Shown here: one piece after another, positions 49,966-64,000 of the stretch
Position numbering within the stretch: the stretch's first letter is position 1
How the letters are laid out: each line of letters opens with the position of its first letter
DNA from: Eledone cirrhosa
Lineage: Eukaryota
DNA: 64,000 nucleotides
Assembly (NCBI GenBank): GCA_964016885.1
Contig: CAXHJY010001118.1
Coordinates: 16,077-80,076 of the forward strand
Reading direction: 5' to 3'
The notes under the pieces: generated by a model
Seen by the model: the letters and a program-made list of their open reading frames with translations, nothing else
Told to the model about the DNA's origin: nothing
Database searches by the model: none
Made by a program: the position numbers and the translations under genes

Positions 49966-52900
49966 TAAGTCAGGAACCATGTAATCTAGTACAACCTGCT
50001 TCATGGTCAGGTGTTGGTGACTAAACTGGCTCCCCCAACAGAGCCTGGTCTGGCGAGGAGGGTAAGTGGAACCCCAGGAGCACAAAAAACAAGAGCTGTT
50101 AAAGCGCAGATGAACTCTTTAGAGTCAACAGCCATCCACCCAATCTATGGGTTAAATCGCCTGGACAGGAGGGCCCATTAGCCTGGTAAGGTGGCCTCCT
50201 AGTGTTAGTGACACAAATAAGTCACTGTGGTGTAGCAATCTGTCTATTAGAGGACTTCAGAAGTTCCCAAGCCACTGGCCTAAGGATGATGTCTCATTAA
50301 AATCACTGGAAAATGGCAAATTACCTAAACCCTCCAGGCACGTGGAGAAATACTCTTTTACCCATTTCAAAAATATTGAGAGACATAATAATTGTAGACT
50401 GGGGATTGTGGTGCAGGATAATGCTAATAAATCCTGATCCAGTTGAGGTGACTGAATCTTGGAACAACATCTGGGGAATACCTTACCATGATGATGAGAC
50501 AGAGTGGCTTCAGAGAGGAAAACATCAACTAAACCAGATCATGAAACAAGATAACTGCAGCATTTATTCCAGTGATATAAAACAGTTAGTTACAGAAATG
50601 GTAAACTGGAAAACACCTGGCCCTGACACCCTCCAAGGATTCTGATGCAACAAAATGAGCAGCATACACAATAGGATGCAGCCAGGAGAAGTCGCAAATT
50701 GGATGACTAATGGTTGAACAGTCCTTATAGTGAAGGAGAGAGTGAAGGGAAATGTGGCTGCCAATTACTGACCAATAGTGTGCTTGCCAATCATTTGGAA
50801 ACTCTCGACTGGGATTATTGGGAACAAAATGTACAGACATCTCAAAGAGGCTAATCGCCTCCCAAATGAATAGAAAGGGTGTCATAGAGACACCAGGGGA
50901 ATAAAGGACCAGTTGTTAATTGATAAAGCGATTCTAATGAACTACAAGAGAAAGAAAAAGAATTTGGCAATGACTTTCATATATTACAAAAAAGCCTACA
51001 ACATGGTCCCCCACTTTTGGTTAAAGGATGCCCGCAACCTTGTAGGTGTAGCAGATAACATCAAGGAGAAGGGATTTATCATCTGGTAATGAAGTTCTAG
51101 GGGAGGTTCTCATTAGCTGAGATATTTTTTAAAAGGGCTCATTATCACCTTTGTTGTTTATCATTATACTGATTCGCCTTACTTTTGTTCTTAGAGAAAC
51201 AAATTGTAGATATTACATCTTGAAAGAGCCCATGCCTAAAGCCATCTATTGTCCATGGATGATTTAATGATGTATGGCTGTAACGAAAGAGAACTTCATT
51301 CACTTGACCATACAGTGAGGATTGTATCCGAAGACAGTCATGAAGTATGGTTTAGACAAGGGCAAAACATTGTCAATGAAAAAGGGCAAATTGGTTGAGA
51401 TCCATGGTATTGAAATGCCTGATGGTGAAATAATGTCATAATTGAAGAAACAGGTTACAAATACTTGGGCATGTCGCAGGATACAGTAATTAGAACAGGT
51501 GAAATGAAGGAAAAGATTGAAAAGGAGTATATCAGGAGAATGAAAAAATTGTCCAAGTCAAAACTGTATGCAGGTAATCTAACATCTGGAATAGAACAAT
51601 GGGCTTTAGGAATAGTGAGGTATAATGCTGGAATAGTTGATAAGATGAAACAAGACCTTGAAAGAATTGATAGATGCACATGCAATATCTTAACATGAAC
51701 TGGGTGCTTACATCCAAGGGCAAATATTACAAGGCTGTACCTTAAGAGAAAAGAAGGTGGGAGATGTTTAATTTCAGTTGAGCATTGTGTACATAGATAG
51801 CCCCACAAGCTGTTGCACTCACTAACATTAACTCAAGAACCACTACCCAGAGGAGTTCTGAAGGAAGACTTTTTAACAAAAGGTCCAAGTAAGAAGCCAT
51901 TCAAAAAAGCCTTTAGAGAGAAACAAGAATAGGTATGGAAAGAAAACGCTCTTCATGGTAAATTTCCAGCTGTCATCATCATCATCATCACCGTTTTACG
52001 TCCGTTCTTCCACGCTAGCATAAAACGGTGATGATGATGATGATGATGACAGCTGGAAATTTACCATGAAGTAATTTAGAAGAAATTTACCATGTCATTA
52101 AAGATACTAGCAGAAAAACCACCCGAAGGGTGGTTTTCTGCTAGCATGTGTAGTGTGTATATTGATATTATACGCAAGTATATATACATGTAGATATGAT
52201 ACATCAAATAAAATCGTAATTGACAATATATAATACATAGAAATTGAACGAAGACTGCGTTACACTGTCTTATGTAATCAGTAATGTAATCCATGATACA
52301 TTAAAATAGACAATATTATATATAAACTGCATTAGGAGAAAATTAGTCACAGAAAATTAGTATGTTTATTTAAGCGATCGCTACCGGAAGTGTTGACATG
52401 TCAGAAATTTTAAAGAAGTGAATCTTTAAATAAACAAAATATATTTAATGAACAGCCACGAAATTTAGTAGATAAATTATGTAATATTCATTTATTATAT
52501 ATTCAAAGTAATCCAACTTATTTTACAAATGGGATAAAAAAAAATAAGCCGTACGCAATCCCTCATACCTTCCTTTATTATAGTTTAGATTGCTGATCCT
52601 AGGTCTTGGCTTTGGCTTAGGTCAGGTTGGGTTAAAAAGAGCACTGAGGCTATTATTACTGTTGCACAAGACACTCAGAACCAATTGCTAACATCGATGG
52701 ACAAAATTGCTCCTCACTTTGCAGAGTAAACCATAAAGCAGACAAATCTGTGGCACATATTGCTAGTGTGAGTAATTTGCAAAAAGACATAATAAAATCA
52801 AGTATGATCTTATAGCAAAAGAGTTTATTGGGAGTTGTGCAAAAATACAACATTGCAATGTCAGTGGTACAAACATACTCCTCTTGAATCCTACCTATCA

Positions 52901-53140
52901 GGTGAGGAAGTAGAGTTGTTTTGGGACTTCAAGCAAGGCCACAAACAAGATCAACACAACCGCCCTGATATTGTTGACCCTGACTTCATAAGCAGTACCC
53001 TAATTTCTAACATCACTAGCACTGCTAAAATCCTGTGGAATATATTAAGCCTCTGAAATCAGGAACTGAACTGAGGTCAATTAATGCTTCACCTAGCAAA
53101 CAATTGTTAGAGAAACCTTACAATAAAAAAATTACATTAT
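49966..53140 (+). mobile_element. Degenerate R4/Dong-clade (restriction-like endonuclease) non-LTR retrotransposon, interrupted at 51973-52589
   Basis: [54 protein letters not shown] | IADPRSWLWL..TEAII..AQD, ELFWDF and HNRPDI, in the expected order. Confidence 0.82.
52107..52589 (-). mobile_element. Non-autonomous Helitron inserted in the R4/Dong-like element
   Basis: Minus strand starts A|TCTAAACTATAATAAAG and ends with hairpin aaaaccacccttcgggtggttttt + CTGCTAG|T. Removal restores aaagata|ttgctgat (K-D-I-A-D) with no TSD. Confidence 0.8.
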
Positions 53141-53157
53141 CATCATTATCGTTACTA

Positions 53158-53385
53158 GGGCAGTGGATAGGCAGAATCGGTTGAGCGTTGGAGAAAAGGC
53201 TTTGCAGAATTTAGTTATGGCCCTTTCCGTTCTGAGTTCAAATCCTGCCAAGGTTAGCTTTGCCTTTCATCCTTATGGGGTTGATAAAATAAAGTACCAG
53301 TAAGACACTGGGGTTGATTTAGTCATATTTCCCCATCCCTTGAAATTGCTGGCCTTGTGCTAAATGTAGAAACAATTATTGTTAC
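53158..53385 (+). mobile_element. SINE family A
   Basis: ggcagaatcggttgagc...ctgagttcaaatcc...ctttgcctttcatccttatgggg core. Confidence 0.8.
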
Positions 53386-53711
53386 TAGTAATACTACTAT
53401 CACTAATTATTGTCCATATTAGATTTATAATTATTGATTATTGCTACTACTACTACTACTACTATTGACATTACAGCTCGATCTGTTTTATGGTGTGGAC
53501 ATTAACAACAGCAGCAGTTGTGACAATGTTGCTGTTGATGTTGTCATCAGTGTTGTTGCCACTGCCTGATGGGCAATTTTAAACTGACACCAATACCTCA
53601 CAGGATCGAATTCCACATCATCACGTTTAGGAAGTTCATATCCTGTTTTGAATATTGTGTTGCCTGTCTGGCAATGCCTCATAGAGAATACCTGGCTGGC
53701 CTAACACGCAC

Positions 53712-53775
<64 letters not shown>

Positions 53776-54326
53776 TCATAGAAAACAAAAGTATAAAGAC
53801 ACACACACAAGTGGGTACACCCACACACTCAAACTCATATATGCACACACCCATGCAAAAGAATAGGACCAATGTTTAGATATACCCAACATTTTACAGA
53901 TCAACACAAACACTTTATTTTTTGTTGAATCATCGGTTCGGTATGATAAGCAGATTAATTCTGGAGTCCCGTCCATAGCTTAATACTTAATAAAAACATA
54001 GAGCATGTATATGAAACTTAATCATTTTTTCCTATTATATGCACTCTGCTTGCGCATAGAGTGTTCATATTGGTACCATCACCAGTAATTCACAGAATCA
54101 CTGACACTATATATATATACACACACATATATATATGTATATATAAATATATATATATATACACACACTTCGGTTGCAACGTTTTTCGAAATATTTACTT
54201 CTGCGTTTACAGATTCTTTTTTTTTTAGTTTCAGAAGATCCCGTTAAGGGTGAAAGCACCAATTCTTTGCGTAAACTTTAATCTGTTATTTTAATAAATA
54301 TACATACATATACATGTATATATATG

Positions 54327-54358
<32 letters not shown>

Positions 54359-54359
<1 letters not shown>

Positions 54360-54690
54360 CATCATCATTTTACGTCCTCTTTTCCCTGTTTGCAAGGGTG
54401 GGACGAGAATTGATTCTGGCTTGATTTCTACAGTTGGATGCCCTTCCTAACACCAACCTCATTTACAGTGAGTGCTGGGTGCTTTTTTGCCGTAGCACCT
54501 CCATGTCTACTTTACAGTGGAATGATATGGACCTCAGTCCCTATCATCTCATTTCTACAGCTGAGTAAACTGGAGCAATGTGAAATAAAGTGTCTTGCTC
54601 AAGGAAACAACACATCACTCGGGCTGAGAATTGAACTCACGATCTTTCGATTGCAAGGCCAATGCTCTAACCACTACGCCATGTGCCTCC
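54359..54690 (-). mobile_element. SINE family B
   Basis: Homologous to 38745-39126 but with one internal subrepeat fewer. Confidence 0.88.
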
Positions 54691-54691
54691 A

Positions 54692-55205
54692 TTATATACA
54701 TATATATATGTATATATATATTTATATATATATATACATATACATACATATATATATACATATACATATACATATATATATATATACATATATATACATA
54801 TATACATATATATATATACATATATATATACATATATATATATACATATATATATACATATATATATATACATATATATATATACATATATATATACATA
54901 TATATATACATATATATATACATATATATATACATATATATATACATATATATATATACATATATACATATATATACATATATATACATAAATATATATA
55001 CATATATATATATACATATATAGATATACATATATAGATATACATATATATATATATATATATATACGTATATATATATACATATATACGTATATATATA
55101 TACATATATACGTATATATATATACATATATACATATATATATATACATATATATATATACATATATACGTATATATATATACATATATACATATATATA
55201 TATAC

Positions 55206-55252
<47 letters not shown>

Positions 55253-55295
55253 CACATATATATATACATATATATATATACATATATATATATAC

Positions 55296-55336
<41 letters not shown>
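54692..55336. repeat. (TA)n/(TACA)n compound microsatellite
   Basis: Direct reading. Confidence 0.97.
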
Positions 55337-55948
55337 CGAGCTGATAAATTCCGACCTCACATGCTTACACCTCTCCAAGACAATGTCACTGGACCGAGAC
55401 CTTTGGCGGTACTCAGTAATAGAGAAGACCCGCCTTACCTAAATACAAAGTAAAAACCTACTACAGTCAGTAGGCATCTCTATCAAAACACACCCCCGTC
55501 CCACCACCTCCACCCCACCCACACCGCCCTTTCAATGTAAAGTTATGTTGGTCCCACAACATCCAGGCCGAAACAAATGAGATCGTGTAGGTGTCACGAC
55601 AAAAAACACACAGTCCACGCTGTAAATGTGGCCGTGTAGGCAACACGGTAAAAACCTCCCAGCCCACACTGTAAATGTGGTTGGTGTTAGGAAGGGCATC
55701 CAGCTGTAGAAAACCCGCCAGACAGTCCACGCTGTAATGTGGCCGTGTAGGCAACACGGTAAAAACCTCCCAGCCCACACTGTAAATGTGGTTGGTGTTA
55801 GGAAGGGCATCCAACTGTAGAAAACCCGCCAGACAGTCCTATGCGAGCAAGACAACCACTCTTGCCTCAAGTGGGAAAACCCCCGTCCAAACCCATGCAA
55901 GCGTGGAACACGGACGCTAAACCTAATGATGATGATGATGATGATGAT
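55337..55948 (+). mobile_element. RTE-PHD LINE 3' end with ~111-bp tandem duplication in the 3' UTR
   Basis: Matches the reverse complement of 6699-7200; cagtccacgctgtaa...aaaacccgccaga occurs at ~55611-55722 and again at ~55723-55833. Confidence 0.9.

Positions 55949-64000
<8,052 letters not shown>

Noticed and set aside
52370-52400. ETS-like ccggaagt as the host gene promoter
   Set aside because: Lies inside the Helitron at 52107-52589.

Overview
AT-rich, repeat-dense eukaryotic (animal) genomic DNA; the SINE/LINE/MITE repertoire and huge (TA)n/(TACA)n tracts fit a coleoid cephalopod, probably an octopus (inference). Much of the window is intronic to one minus-strand spliced gene. Three phase-compatible coding exons (29492-29589, 3189-3383, 290-1457) and two candidate upstream exons (34001-34157, 38049-38143) are visible, and the gene continues past the left edge. 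Its N-terminus resembles the BCR oligomerisation coiled coil. The rest is transposon debris: several RTE-clade LINEs (one family has a PHD finger inside the reverse transcriptase), an R4/Dong-like element split by a Helitron, a Penelope-like GIY-YIG fragment, CR1 3' ends, Helitrons, TTAA/piggyBac-type and Tc1-type MITEs, and two tRNA-derived SINE families. There is also a ~2.9 kb 43-bp satellite, a 41-bp minisatellite and ~8.7 kb of TA-rich microsatellite. I see no CRISPR array or prokaryote-type system, and nothing I can demonstrate to be a new biological system. The best leads are the RT-embedded PHD finger, the BCR-like gene, a 96-bp target-site duplication and several template-switch rearrangements. 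All alignments and identities were judged by eye.
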